Shown here in pieces: positions 10,305 to 22,000 of a stretch of 39,282 nucleotides of DNA. Each line of letters begins with the position of its first letter. The stretch's first letter is position 1. Made by a program: the position numbers and the translations under genes. Source of the DNA: an uncultured Methanosarcinales archaeon (GTDB taxonomy: Archaea; Nanobdellota; Nanobdellia; Woesearchaeales; UBA12501); assembly GCA_964397315.1 (NCBI GenBank), contig CAYNHV010000011.1:1-39282 (forward strand), read 5' to 3'. Below the pieces are notes generated by a model. That model was not told the origin of the DNA. It ran no database searches and worked only from the letters and a program-made list of their open reading frames with translations.

Positions 10305-12077
10305 TCACACCCTCAGGTCTTTTGGCAGCTCTTTCTTGTTCTTTATGTATGTGTTGAATATCTCGTTTATCTTCCTGAAGTCTGTTATTTCCTTCTCAGC
10401 CATCTTCTTCAGGAGCTTTGTCCTTGCCTTGAATTCCTTCTCCAGATCTTCCTTGGTAAAGTTCGTGTTCTTGATTATTTTCTCAAAAATTCTGGACTTG
10501 TTGTTGTAGATAACCTTGTCTTTCCCCGCGTCAAGAGTGAATACCTTGTTGGTGTCCACCTTTCCGGTCTCGCTCTTCACCTCAATTATCTCGTCAAGCT
10601 CCATCAGCCTCCTGACATTCTTCTCCTTGCCCTTCAGGTGGCTTGTGATACATACAATGTCAAGGGACTCAACAAGAGACGCGGGAAGGTTTATCGGCTT
10701 TGTCTCCAGCCTCCTGACAAGCGTGCCTATTGATGCTGCGTGGAATGTTGAGAATGAGGGGTGGCCTGAAGCCATTCCCTGGAAGAGCACATAGGTCTCC
10801 TTGCCCCTGACCTCTCCCACAACAACATAATCCGGGTTCTGCCTGAATGTCTCCCTTAGAAGGTCAAACAGGCTTATCTCGCCGTACTGCTGGCCTGTCA
10901 GGCTGGGCGTTCCGAATCCCACCCTCACCACAGAGGGAAGCCAGTTTGAATGGGCTATGTTGATCTCCCTTGTGTCCTCTATTGAGCACACTCTCGCCTC
11001 GGAAGGCACAAAGTGGAGTATGCTGTTCATGAATGTGGTCTTTCCTGAGGCGGTCTCCCCTATCACCATGATATTGAACTTGTGCTCTATCGCAAGCCAG
11101 ATATAGGCGAATGTCTCTGCGCTTGCTGTATTGAAGTTTATGAGGTGCACAGGAGTCCACGGCTCCTTGGTGAATTTTCTTATGGTGAAGGTGGGGCCTC
11201 TTGTTGTAATGTCCTCTGTGTAGGTTGCATTCACCCTGGACCCGTCAGGAAGAGTGCCGTCAAGAAGGGGCCTTGCAAAAGAGACATATCTTCCTGATTT
11301 CTGGGCAAGCTTCTCCACAAAGTCAGTCAGGTGGTCAACTGCCTTGAATGTGACGTTTGTCCTGAGATTCTGGTATTTCCTGTGGACGACATACAGGGGG
11401 TAATCTATGCCGTTGCACTCTATGTCCTCAATGAAGTAATCGTTCATGAGAGGCTCTATCTTGTTAAGGCCTATGGAATCCCTGTAGATGTAGTAGAGTA
11501 TCTTGTTGTATGTCTCCCTGGATACCTTCGCCCCCAGCTCAACAAGTATTGACTGCACATTCTTTTCAAGATACTGCATGACAAGGTTTGACTTTTTTGC
11601 CTTCACAAAGCTTACGTTTATCATCTCCTCAAGCCCGAGCTGTATCAGCCTGAGAAGCTCTTTGTCCACCTTGGTCAGCTCAGGCTCCTCAACTTTATAC
11701 ACGAGCTCGTTGGCATCCTTGTCCCAGTAGATGTGAGCGTAAGCATAAGGGGGTATGAGAGGATACTTGACATTCATCTTCTGCAGCTTCTCAAAAGGAG
11801 GAAGGTCAATCTCAGCCGGCTTTTCCTCAATGGAGAATGATGTTCCTTCAGGAACAAAGCTTTCCTCTTCCTGTCCTTTAATGCCTTTTCCGGCGGACTT
11901 TTTTTCAGAATCACCCTCTTTTAAGGGAGTGACTGCAGGGCTTTTTCCGGATGCAGCATCTGCATTATTATCCGCCGCATTTTCTCCTGATACTGCCCTT
12001 TTAAGGAAAGCTGATTTCAGCCTGTTTCTTAGCCTGTCTGCAAAAGACGAGCTTTTGCTGTCTGCTGATGCCATCAC
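10305..12077 (-). CDS. Type II/IV secretion system ATPase (FlaI/TadA/VirB11 family), pilus assembly ATPase
   Basis: Walker A GETASGKTT, SIEDTREI, RQNPDYVVVGEVRG, GHPSFSTFHA and LPDGSRVNA. Confidence 0.95.
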   Translation of the reverse strand: MMASADSKSSSFADRLRNRLKSAFLKRAVSGENAADNNADAASGKSPAVTPLKEGDSEKKSAGKGIKGQEEESFVPEGTSFSIEEKPAEIDLPPFEKLQKMNVKYPLIPPYAYAHIYWDKDANELVYKVEEPELTKVDKELLRLIQLGLEEMINVSFVKAKKSNLVMQYLEKNVQSILVELGAKVSRETYNKILYYIYRDSIGLNKIEPLMNDYFIEDIECNGIDYPLYVVHRKYQNLRTNVTFKAVDHLTDFVEKLAQKSGRYVSFARPLLDGTLPDGSRVNATYTEDITTRGPTFTIRKFTKEPWTPVHLINFNTASAETFAYIWLAIEHKFNIMVIGETASGKTTFMNSILHFVPSEARVCSIEDTREINIAHSNWLPSVVRVGFGTPSLTGQQYGEISLFDLLRETFRQNPDYVVVGEVRGKETYVLFQGMASGHPSFSTFHAASIGTLVRRLETKPINLPASLVESLDIVCITSHLKGKEKNVRRLMELDEIIEVKSETGKVDTNKVFTLDAGKDKVIYNNKSRIFEKIIKNTNFTKEDLEKEFKARTKLLKKMAEKEITDFRKINEIFNTYIKNKKELPKDLRV

Positions 12078-12353
12078 CCACCTCTTTTTGTGCCCGCAAC
12101 CTTATTCTGCTTGATTTTGGGAGGAACTTATTTTTTTAGAGGTTTAACTACCTCTTATTGCATTCAGAATTTGTTGTAATATATAAATATTCTTCTTTTA
12201 AGCCCTTGTTTGGGCTGGTGAGGCCGCGGCTGCGGGCAGGAATGCCCTGCCTGGAGGAAGGCTGTTAATGCCCTGGCTGTTGACGCCCTTAATGCTTATC
12301 ATGCACACGCTGCCTGACAATCTTTAGCCTGCTTTCAGTCCTGCCCAGGATGT

Positions 12354-13079
12354 TTACTCAAGGTTTGTCATGAGGAAGTCTGTCCTTGAGTCAAGGGTGA
12401 AATACAGCCTGTGCACCACTCCTGATGATGTGTTCATGTAGAACATCACTGTACCAGATCCCAGATCGTGGCCTTTCCTGACCAGCTTTGAGTAGCCGTC
12501 AGACTCAATGAGAGAATCATCTATCAGGAAGCTGAACTCTCCTGAGGCGGTCTTGTTGTTTGTCTTGTATGTTATGCTGTGGAGTATTGAAGTGGAATTC
12601 ATGGTGCCGTAGCTGGACTCATTGCCCACCTTGTAGAACACCGCCCTGATGTAATAGTTCTCAAGTATCAGCTTGTTATTCCTCTCATAAGCGTCAACAT
12701 CAGAGTCCATGCCCAGCCTGAGATTGCCTGTCTTGACAGAGGTCTTGGGCTGCACTATGGACGCTTTTGTGTCCATCTCCCATTTTACCTGGCTGTTCTT
12801 GATGTTCAGCTCGCCTTTCTTGATCTCAAGGGGAACAACCCTCTGGGAGCCCGGGCCTGCATTGCTCACGTCCTTTATGTGCTTGTCCAGGCTCACGAAA
12901 TTGTCTCTTGTCTGGAGGAATACCGACTTGTCCCTAAGATTGTTCATTATGGGCGTACCTCCCTCAACCACTATGACAATCACAACTGAGACGAGGAGTA
13001 TGTAAAGCACAGCAGATATCCATATCTGGGATTTTCTGCCTCTTTTGCCTTTTCCTTTGCTCATGTTGCCGGCTGCCAT
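12354..13079 (-). CDS. Pilin-like protein with class III signal peptide
   Basis: Basic leader ..KRGRKS-QIWISAVLYILLVSVVIVIV. Start moved from the track's 13130 to the ATG at 13079 (13064 is also possible). Confidence 0.8.
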   Translation of the reverse strand: MAAGNMSKGKGKRGRKSQIWISAVLYILLVSVVIVIVVEGGTPIMNNLRDKSVFLQTRDNFVSLDKHIKDVSNAGPGSQRVVPLEIKKGELNIKNSQVKWEMDTKASIVQPKTSVKTGNLRLGMDSDVDAYERNNKLILENYYIRAVFYKVGNESSYGTMNSTSILHSITYKTNNKTASGEFSFLIDDSLIESDGYSKLVRKGHDLGSGTVMFYMNTSSGVVHRLYFTLDSRTDFLMTNLE

Positions 13080-13215
13080 CCTTGTATCCTGCCCTGCTGA
13101 ACAAGCAAGCTGATGATAATCACTGGGCAATAATATTAATGATAGTGGGATGAAGGGTTTTATATAATTTGCGGGTTATGGCAGGGAGGGGAGGAGGGAT
13201 GATATGGGTGATCCC

Positions 13216-13641
13216 TCACTTGATTCTCTCGCAATCCTTGCTGCTGATGTTGCACTCCTTGAGATTGTATTCCTCGCACCCTTCAGGATAAACCCTAAAG
13301 GTGTCCTGTATTATGACATCCTCCACCAGAACATCCTGCCTGAAGTCAAAAAATTCTCCCAGGGAGGCTTTTGTCTCCACGCCTTCTGCTTTTATCACAA
13401 TGGTGTCCATTGCCTTGTCATCAGAGACCTTCAGGGTAAAGGACAGCTCAGGAAGCTCATATTCTATATTGCTGATGGAAAAGCTGAAAGCGCAGTCAAG
13501 GGATGACTTGGTTGTCTGGTCTGAGGATGAGGTGGTGGAGACATAGATGTTGTAGATGTGGGCACCGAGGAAAAAAGCGAGGAATATGAATAATCCAAGA
13601 AGGAAGATATACAAGGTTATCTTTTTTGACTGCTCAGCCAT
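13216..13641 (-). CDS. Hypothetical protein with N-terminal TM helix (minor pilin-like)
   Basis: 141 aa with a hydrophobic N-terminus and a beta-rich Cys-containing body similar in layout to the neighbouring pilins. Confidence 0.7.
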   Translation of the reverse strand: MAEQSKKITLYIFLLGLFIFLAFFLGAHIYNIYVSTTSSSDQTTKSSLDCAFSFSISNIEYELPELSFTLKVSDDKAMDTIVIKAEGVETKASLGEFFDFRQDVLVEDVIIQDTFRVYPEGCEEYNLKECNISSKDCERIK

Positions 13642-13723
13642 TTTGGGAGTTCAAAAGCATAATCTGCATGAGAGGCATAATCTGCCTGAGATGCCCATTG
13701 CCAGCCTGCAGAACCAGCTGTAA

Positions 13724-14353
13724 TCAGCTGCAGGTGTCTATATTCTCCACCTTGAGGGTGTTCTGGGCGCACCACTCGCCCTTCTCGTCCACCATGATGA
13801 GGGGGGTGAACCTGGCCTGCTTTATTGAGCCGTTGCCTTCTATAGAATAGTTCATGTAAGTCCTCTTGGGCTGGGCTATGTGGAATGTCTCGTTTATCTC
13901 TCTTGTGGCTATGTTGGACTTGTTGCTTATTGCCTGGACTCTCATGCCGTCCACTCTAACTGTCCCGCTGTTCTGGATTGTGAAGTTAAGTGTCTCAGTG
14001 TCTGAATCATAGCATATCTGGGAGTTGCCCCCTATCTTTATAACCTCAGTTGAGATGTCCATGCTGCATTTTATCTCTGTGTCTGACTTTTTCTGGGCAA
14101 AGTCTGCTGTGTCCTCAACATAGCCCCTCCCCCAGTTCATCACCACTGCTCCGAGAGCCACTGCAAACGCGATCAGAAGGACTGTTGCTATGAGCGGAGA
14201 CACTCCCTTTCTGCTGCTGAAAAGGCCGGTCCTGCCCCTGTTTCCTGCTCTATTTCCTGCATGCCCTGCACGCATATTTTTAGCATTGTTGCAGGCCTGC
14301 CTTGCGGATGATTTCCTTGCAGCATTCAGTTTGTTTTTCTTCATCAGTCTCAT
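13724..14353 (-). CDS. Archaeal type IV pilin
   Basis: Canonical RKG|VSPLIATVLLIAFAVALGAVV N-terminus. Start placed at ATG 14353, which overlaps the upstream stop (ATGA). Confidence 0.9.
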   Translation of the reverse strand: MRLMKKNKLNAARKSSARQACNNAKNMRAGHAGNRAGNRGRTGLFSSRKGVSPLIATVLLIAFAVALGAVVMNWGRGYVEDTADFAQKKSDTEIKCSMDISTEVIKIGGNSQICYDSDTETLNFTIQNSGTVRVDGMRVQAISNKSNIATREINETFHIAQPKRTYMNYSIEGNGSIKQARFTPLIMVDEKGEWCAQNTLKVENIDTCS

Positions 14354-14661
14354 CCTCTTTTTTTGGACCTCAGGTTGTCTATGAGGGTTTCCAGCCTCCT
14401 CTCCTCCTTGTGCATTGTCTTTATGTAAGGCAGAGTGGCTATTATGATTATACAAAGGCTCATTATTATGAGTATATTAAGCAGGTCCCTGCTGAGGTAT
14501 CCGTTGATGAATCCCATGACTGCGACAAAAAGGAATGCGAAATAAAGGAAAAGCCCCTTGTTCAGAACAAGCATTGATTTTTCCCTGTCAATCCTTGATT
14601 TTTCAAGCTCCAGCTCTATGATTTCCTTGTCAACAGGGGAAAGGGTTTTTGTTTTCATCAA
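14350..14661 (-). CDS. Small two-TM membrane protein
   Basis: 103 aa, GAGGTG RBS, two hydrophobic helices, translationally coupled to the pilin gene. Confidence 0.8.
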   Translation of the reverse strand: MMKTKTLSPVDKEIIELELEKSRIDREKSMLVLNKGLFLYFAFLFVAVMGFINGYLSRDLLNILIIMSLCIIIIATLPYIKTMHKEERRLETLIDNLRSKKRG

Positions 14662-14758
14662 ACACCTCTTTTGCCATGACCTCTTTTGATATGCTCATGC
14701 TGTTTTGGTTCTAATTTTGGTTCTAATAATCATCATGCCGCTTATCATCCCGCTCTTC

Positions 14759-15322
14759 TCATGATGTGATGTTCTTCCACACCACCTTTTCCTTGCAGAT
14801 TATCTCTTTGCCGTCCTCAAGTATCACCGGAACAACCTCCACCCTGTAAGTGGTGAGATTTTTGGGAACAGTCACGGTCTTGTTCTGCCCCGGCTTTATG
14901 GTTACATTGGTCTTGTTTATGAATATGTTGTTGTCAGCGTCGTAAAGCCTGAATATCAGCCTGTCCACGCCTAAATTGTAGGTATTAATTACTTTCATAT
15001 TTAAAGTTTGTGCATTTCTCGCAACAATATCCTCTATGTCCACCCCCACCAGGTCGCAGTACTCTTTGGACCGTGTCCTGTCTTTCAGGTCATCCACAGT
15101 GTCAGACACGTAATCCTTCATCCACAGTGAGACCATTGAGGCGAGGAGGACGGCAAACGTGATGATGAGAACCCAGGAGATCCATGGAGATATCCCTCCT
15201 TCTCTGGAGCTGCGCACATCCTTATGCCTTCCGGACATTTTTTTCCCATTAACTTTCTTCCCCTTCACTCCCCCCCTGTTCTCAGGCGCTATTTTTTTTG
15301 CTGCCCGTGTGTAGCTAGCCAT
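14759..15322 (-). CDS. Archaeal type IV pilin-like protein
   Basis: G|ISPWISWVLIITFAVLLASMV pilin N-terminal helix after a basic leader. Confidence 0.85.
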   Translation of the reverse strand: MASYTRAAKKIAPENRGGVKGKKVNGKKMSGRHKDVRSSREGGISPWISWVLIITFAVLLASMVSLWMKDYVSDTVDDLKDRTRSKEYCDLVGVDIEDIVARNAQTLNMKVINTYNLGVDRLIFRLYDADNNIFINKTNVTIKPGQNKTVTVPKNLTTYRVEVVPVILEDGKEIICKEKVVWKNITS

Positions 15323-15986
15323 AAGTGTAAACCTCTGTGTTGTTCAGGCTGTCATCAGTCCTGAAGATGAGCTTGAATCCTGTCCTGTCAGTGTCTATTG
15401 AGAAGGGATAGCTTATTCCCTTATGCTCTATGCTGACGCTGCTGCTGGCAGGCAGGGACATGCTCTCTCCCCTGTTAAGAACAGCCTCCCCTGAGGGGGA
15501 TGTTACATTCACCTTTCCATTCATCTTGTTTGAGAGAACCATATTGTCTCCGCGGATAAGGACATAAAAAAGAGAGAGGTTTATATTTTTTGTGGAAGCG
15601 TGATAAACAAAATTTTCTGTGAAATCAGCGAAGTCCTCTGTCATGTTCCTGTCATTATACAGGGCGCTGTTGATCACCCTGGGAGCTTCGGACACAAAAT
15701 TCTCGTAGAGCAGAAGAGGCTCGCCGCTGCCTGGAGCGGTTCTCATGGGCCTCTCTGCAACAAGGAAGGCCAGCACTGAGAGGAATATTGCAGTGAGCAG
15801 GTACAGCTGTGATTTCCTGCTTCTTTTGAGGGAGGCCCTTACATGGTTTCCGGAGCCTGATTTTCTTGCAAGCCGCTCTCCTCCGGCCCATTCCCTTCCC
15901 TGCTTGCTTGTTTTTCCTGATATTGACGCGTTCTTCATTTGAATTAAGGCCTCATTTAAGATTGTCTGAATCATGAAAGCAGGCAT
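15315..15986 (-). CDS. Pilin-like protein with class III signal peptide (start uncertain)
   Basis: KRSRKS-QLYLLTAIFLSVLAFLV motif, in the pilin cluster. Confidence 0.75.
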   Translation of the reverse strand: MPAFMIQTILNEALIQMKNASISGKTSKQGREWAGGERLARKSGSGNHVRASLKRSRKSQLYLLTAIFLSVLAFLVAERPMRTAPGSGEPLLLYENFVSEAPRVINSALYNDRNMTEDFADFTENFVYHASTKNINLSLFYVLIRGDNMVLSNKMNGKVNVTSPSGEAVLNRGESMSLPASSSVSIEHKGISYPFSIDTDRTGFKLIFRTDDSLNNTEVYTYG

Positions 15987-16042
15987 GACAGTCAGCAGAC
16001 ATGACAGTCAGGCTGCTGGCAGGGTTATGGTCAGGGTCATAA

Positions 16043-19000
16043 TCAAATTATGGATATGGTTATCTTGGGCTTTCCTGAGGATGTGTTTATGCCCGAGTTT
16101 TTTATTATGATTGAGTATCTTCCTGCCTGAACCCGGTCATCCCCTATTATGTGCAGGTCATTATAGCTGAGTATGGTGGAGACGACGTGCTCCTCCTCTT
16201 TTACAGGCTGGCCGAAAGAGGGATTATCCAGGTCAAGGAATGCACCCTCATTAAGGTACGAGGACTTGCTGCCCACATCAGCTATTGGGCTGGTTATGAA
16301 TATGAAGCCGTTTCCCTGAGCAGCACTGTACTTGAGCTGGAGCAGGCCTGTTGAGCCTGTGAGAGACACAGGGTCTGTGTCAGATGCCACGCCGGTGATG
16401 TACTCATCCTCCACCTTGCCGTAGACCATTCTTTCCCTCTCAACAGCTCTTGCCAGTGTTCCTGAGTATTTCATGGTGAGCGAGTACGAGTTTACCTTGA
16501 ATCCCTCACTGTCCCTCGCATCGTCCACCTCAACCCACAATGTGTAGGTTCCTGCCACAAGAGGGGCCCTGAATTTCAGCTGGTATACCCCGCCCCCCTT
16601 GTCAGTCACGTCCACGGAAACTCCATAAGTGTCTGAGGAGTTTGTAAGGTTGGCTGAGAAGCCTGATGATATCTCTCCCAGGCCGTAATATACTCCGTTG
16701 TATTCCTTTGTCACATTAACATTGACGGATATGGTCTTGCCTGCTGTGTAGTTGGCCATGGGCCATATCTCCACCCTGTCAGGCTCTGCAGAGGGGTCTA
16801 TGACAAAGGAGGTTGAGTTGTATGCGGAATTTCCTGACCTGTCTGTGCAGTTGAACCCGTAAGTAAACGTGCCTTCTGAGAGGTTAAGGTCTTTCTCATG
16901 GTAAAGGCCGTCATAACTGGTCATCTTCGTGTAGCCTGAGCCTGTTGTGTTATAATAGCAGGTGGCGTACTCGTTTGTCCTGACAGCAAGAGTCGGGTTG
17001 GTGGAGACAACATAGCCTTTTGGCTTTATGAGCTCAAATGACGGCGCTCCTGCAACAGCATCCACCTGGATTTTATAGTGGGCCGGATTTCCCCAGTTGC
17101 CTGCCCTGTCAACAGCCCTCACATGGAAGTAATGAGCTCCATTGTCCAGATTGTAGTATGTTTTCTCCCATAATGTGTTGTTCTTCTTCCTCTTCACCTC
17201 TATGGCGTATTCCGCAACTCCGGTCAGGTTTGTGCAGCCGCTTGTCTCTCCGCAGACATGGACCTCTGTGGAGTTGTCTATGTCTGATTCCCTGTCGCTT
17301 CCCGCTATTGAAAGGTTGTGGGTGTTGTTGTCATCAGCGTCCTGGCCTTCAATGACCGCATAGAATCCCTGAGCAGCCTTGCTCGCGGTCAGGGTGACAG
17401 AGTAGGTGTCTGCTGATGAATAAGGCTTGTGGGTTATGTCCCTTGAGATGGTTGTTCTTGCGCTGGCCAGAGGCGGCGTTTTTTGGTAGCCCCTTATCCC
17501 CTCTGTGGTGTCAACAAGGTATGCTGTTGCTGACATTGTGTCTATTGTGTCAGATGTGTCCTCTGAAAGCTGGAACGTGAGGGTTATGTTGTCTCCCGCG
17601 CTTATGTTGGCATCAACCTCTGAAAACACTGCAAAAGCCTCTCCTGTTCCGTTTGTCTTAAGGACTGTGCTGTATCCGTCATTTTTAATGCTCTTGAGAG
17701 TCTCTTCCGCCTTTTCCTCTGCAATGAGGTCGGGCCCTGTGCCCGCATTCTGGTCAAGCGTGTAACTGTATCCAGCAACCCCTGAAAGAGAGTCATTGCC
17801 GTAGAACGTGAAAGTTGCATTTGGATTGTTGTACCACATTGACTGGTTGGGGTGTGTTGTGCTGTTTACTGTTATGTTGGGCTTTGTGAAGTCAGCAACC
17901 GCGCCGTCGCTGAATATGAGGGGAGTAAACCAGTAGAGGGTGTCTCTTGCCCTGACCGCAAATGTGTAATTCATTCCCTCTGTGAGATTGAGGCCGTTTA
18001 CTGTCACTGAAGTATTCATGTTAACAGATGTCTCTGCGCAGTACCCTTTTATGCAGGTGCCGTTCTCAAGTATCCTGTAGTTGTAGAATATGAGATGCCT
18101 GTCTGTGGAGTTGTACCATGACGCGCTTAAAGTGCTTCTGCTGCTGAACCAGTCTATGTCTATATAGTTGGCCCCGTCAACAACAACAGGGTTTGTCGGC
18201 GGATTAGTGTCCTCAATGCCTCCCGCAAGGATCATTGAGATGTTAAAGTGCTTGTTGTCTGTCATGTTTGTCTCGGTTATGTAGGCGTTTATCTGGCCGG
18301 GAGAGAAGTTATAGCCGACTCTTGTTATGTTCCATGTGTAATTGCTGAAGTACTCCCTTCCGCTTGTGTCCTCCCTGTACTCGCTTACGTTGAAGAAGGC
18401 ATAGCCGTGCTTGTTTGTGTAAAGAGTGCTGATGTCTGTATTGTAGCCTTCAGGCCAAACCGTTATGTCTACATCCTTTATGGGAATGCTCTCGCCGACA
18501 AGCGCGCTTTCGTTCTCCTCAACATAGAAGTCCAGGTGCCACTGCACTGAGAGGTTTGAGAACGCGTCGCCATAGCAGGTCGCGGACCTGTTGAAGGTTG
18601 TGTTGAGAACGTAATTGTGGGATTTTGATGTTGAGTTGAAATCGCACTCGCTCACATTGTTGATCATGACAGAGTCTATTATCCTGTTGCCTCTTGAGTT
18701 CTTGAAGTATACCTGCTGTCTTGAGTTGTTCTCTGAGTAAAGATTCGTTATGTTTACATTATTGCTTCCATTAATAAAAATGCCGTACTCATTGCGGGTC
18801 ACATTAGGGCTTAACAGCGAGATGTTCCTGGAGTTGAGGATGTATATTCCCTTTGTGTTGTTGAATGCTGTTATGTGGTCATAGCTGCCCGAGGTCACGT
18901 TCCATATGAGCACTCCTGAACCAGTGTTATTCTCTATTGTGTTGCCGGACAGCTCTGTTGCGTGCTTGTAGAACACAAGGCCAGCTATTGAGTTCTCTAT

Positions 19001-22000
19001 TATTGTGTTGTTTGTGTACTCACCTCCGGTCCTCCTTATGTATATCCCATACTTGTTCTTGGAGACGTGATTTCCGCTGAGGGTTATGCCTGAGCTGTTG
19101 TCAAGATAGATGCCGTAAGAAGTGTCGTTTGAGGCATTATTGTTGATGAAATAGGAGTCTATGAGCTTTCTGGCGCCGAAGCCGATTATTGTGTCGTTCT
19201 TTGCCGTGTTTGCTGTGAAGTTGATCCCTCTTGAATTGTTCGTCGCCAGGAAGCCGAACAGGTTGTTCTCTGCTGTGTTGTTGAAGAATGTTATGTCCTC
19301 TGAGGACCTTATCATTGCTCCGGCTCCAGTATACTCGCCCATGCTGCTGTAGAGGTTCATAAGGTCTGTGGTGTTCTTCAGCCTGTTGTTTGAGACTGTT
19401 ATGTTGCTGGAGTTGAGCATGAATAAGCCGTAGAAGTTGTTTGCCAGGGTGTTGTTGGTGATGTTGACATAACTGCTGTTCACAAGCGTTATCTTGCCCA
19501 TGAAAAGCGAGCTTGCATAGAACACATTCACATTCCTGTAAGGAGTGACATTTCCCATCCTCAGGTCAAGATTTTTTATCTGGATATAGTCAGAGGGGGT
19601 GCCGTGCTGGTTGAGGTAATAATAGACAGGCTCTCCATTGACTGTGTTTGACTGCTCAAAATAGTTGTAATAATCCTCTGTATAAGGGAACAGAAGCCCA
19701 AGCCCTCCTGCTGTGTTGTTTAGGGTGTTCCTGGAGAAGTTGTTCCACATCCCTCCGTATCCTCCTGTAAAGCCTTCAAGGAATTTTCCCGCGTCTCCAA
19801 GGCCCGCGCCGAGGGGGGTGTTGTTCACAAAATTCATGTCTATGTGATTGTATCTTGACTGGCCAAAGAGAGCTATGCCCACTATTGCCTTCCCTAACCT
19901 CCTTCCTGCAGCGCTTATGTTGTTGTTGTAGATGGTGTTGTTATGGGCTGTCTCAAGAGCCACCCCTGAGAAGCTGTTTATTGCTGTGTTGTTCTCCACA
20001 GTATTGTTAAAAGAGCCGCCTATCAGCGCGTAGGCTGCAAGGCCTGATTCCTCCACTGTGTTGTTGTACACATGGCTGTTGTTTGTGCCCTCTCCCCCAA
20101 TGCCAACATCATTGTATATCATGTAGTTGTCTTTCACAGTCACATTATTGGACTTGTTCATTGCAATAGCATACTCATACCCTGTTATGTTGCAGTTTTT
20201 GACAACCACATTGCTTGAGAAGTTCACTCCTATCGCAACCCCTGCCCCTTTCTGCTTTCCGAATCTCTCATCCCCTCCACCTATGAAAGTGGACTTGTTG
20301 CAGTCCACAGTGAGGTTAGAGCCTTTTATCTGGAGTATCCCCACCTGGTCTATGCCGAGAGTGTAGTCGTAGTCAGGCACATAATAAGTTCCCCTGCAGA
20401 AGGTGGTGTCAGATGTTATCTCCATGTTGTTTGTAGGAACAACGCAGGTGCTGACAGTAACCTTCACAAAGTCAGAGTAAAGCGTGTTGTGCTTCTTTAT
20501 CTCATCCTGGCCCGCGTGCTCCTTAACGAGGCTGCCATACTCTGCTGTCCTGTCCTGGGCATGGCTGTCATTATACTGCTTCCTTGTCTCATTCATGAAC
20601 ATCTCTGCATCGCTTATTATTGTGCTGAAATCAGTGTCAAGATATGCCTTTATGAGCTGTTTTTTCGCGTAACCGCTGTCAGCATACATCAGGCCATAAG
20701 CAGGTGTTGAATAGAAAGCCTTCATGATATCCATTATTCCCGGAGGGTGCTGATTACTGCTATCCGGGCTTCTATCTGCGCTGCCGGGGACAAGAGATTC
20801 AAAAGGATGGTAATAGCCTGAGGTTGAGAGGAAGTATGTCCCTTCCTCCCTGCCAGCCTCTGTCTCCCCCTCATCCACGTCAAATCTTATGTCAATGTGT
20901 TCTCCCTGGCTCACTGTAATCCTGCTGCTGTCAAGGGCAGAGAGGGAGCCTCTCCTTGGCTTGTATGTTTCAACAGACACTTCAGCATCATCTGAATAGT
21001 CAATGCCTATGAAATCTATCATGTAAGCGAATGCTGTCATCCTGAGCCTGAGCCTGTTCCCTCTCACAAGAGACATGTTAAGAGGCATCACAAGAGTGCT
21101 GTAAGGCCCTAATATGCCCCTGCCATCTCCCATGTATCCGTCTCCTGTGTGTCCTCCTTCGGAATAATCCACCCACTCCCCTTTCTCGTCCAGGACCTGC
21201 ACTGTAATGCTTGCAGAGTCCAGTATCTTCTCCTCCATCATGCTGCCCAGGAATGTGTTGTCTATTGCAGAGTATATGACAGGAAGGCTTTCCTTCCCAA
21301 GCGCGAACAGGGAGTACACTGAAAAGCTCATAAGCCCTGTTTCACTCCCTTTTATCACAAGCTTTCCTTTTTCGGGGCTTTCTGTCCCCTCCACCTGTTC
21401 AGGCTCAGGCAGGGTGATGTAAAGGTAATCATGAGTGTCCTTGCCAAGGTCAAGACTGTTTATGTCACTCACCCACGCGCTGCCGTTGTAATCAACAGGA
21501 GGATTGTCTGTGGCTGACCTGGAGGATACAAGACCGCTGTTGAAGATTGTTTGGGGAGTCTGTGGAGCTTCATCAGCCTTTTCAACAAGCCCTGTGCAGT
21601 CACTGCCTCTGCTGTCAACACATCTCACACCCATCATTGAATCATTGCTTATTGTCCTCGGAGTTCCATTGCTGTCAAGATAAACAATTACATCATCAGG
21701 ATGGCCAACCCTTATAAGCTCTGCATGGTTAAGGTATAAGACCTCAGGAAGTATCTCTGAAACCCTGACAGTGGCAAGCCCCTTTTCTGGCTTTAATCTG
21801 GAGAGCCTGTCATAGGTGGCAGACTCCATCCTCCTGTTGAGGAGGCCGAGAAGCCCGTCTGTCTCGTAAACAAAGTCAGTTCCGTTCCATGAGCTGTATA
21901 TCGGGCATCCAGCCCCCACACTTAAGAAAATAGAGCATGTGCTGTATTCATGAATGTCCTGGGTCTCAACAAGTATGTAAACAGAATTGTTTGAGCTCAC

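Noticed and set aside
14354..14455. Track's N-terminal extension of the pilin ORF
   Set aside because: It overlaps the upstream membrane-protein gene; the coupled ATG at 14353 is more plausible.
5891..15986. Archaellum operon
   Set aside because: No FlaH, FlaF/G or archaellin-type sequences. Two separate T2SSF genes and SP-type pilins indicate a pilus.
20486..21907. Canonical Hint-domain intein
   Set aside because: No block A, B (TxxH) or F pattern and no homing endonuclease. Only the terminal residues fit, so it is reported as a hypothesis rather than a feature.
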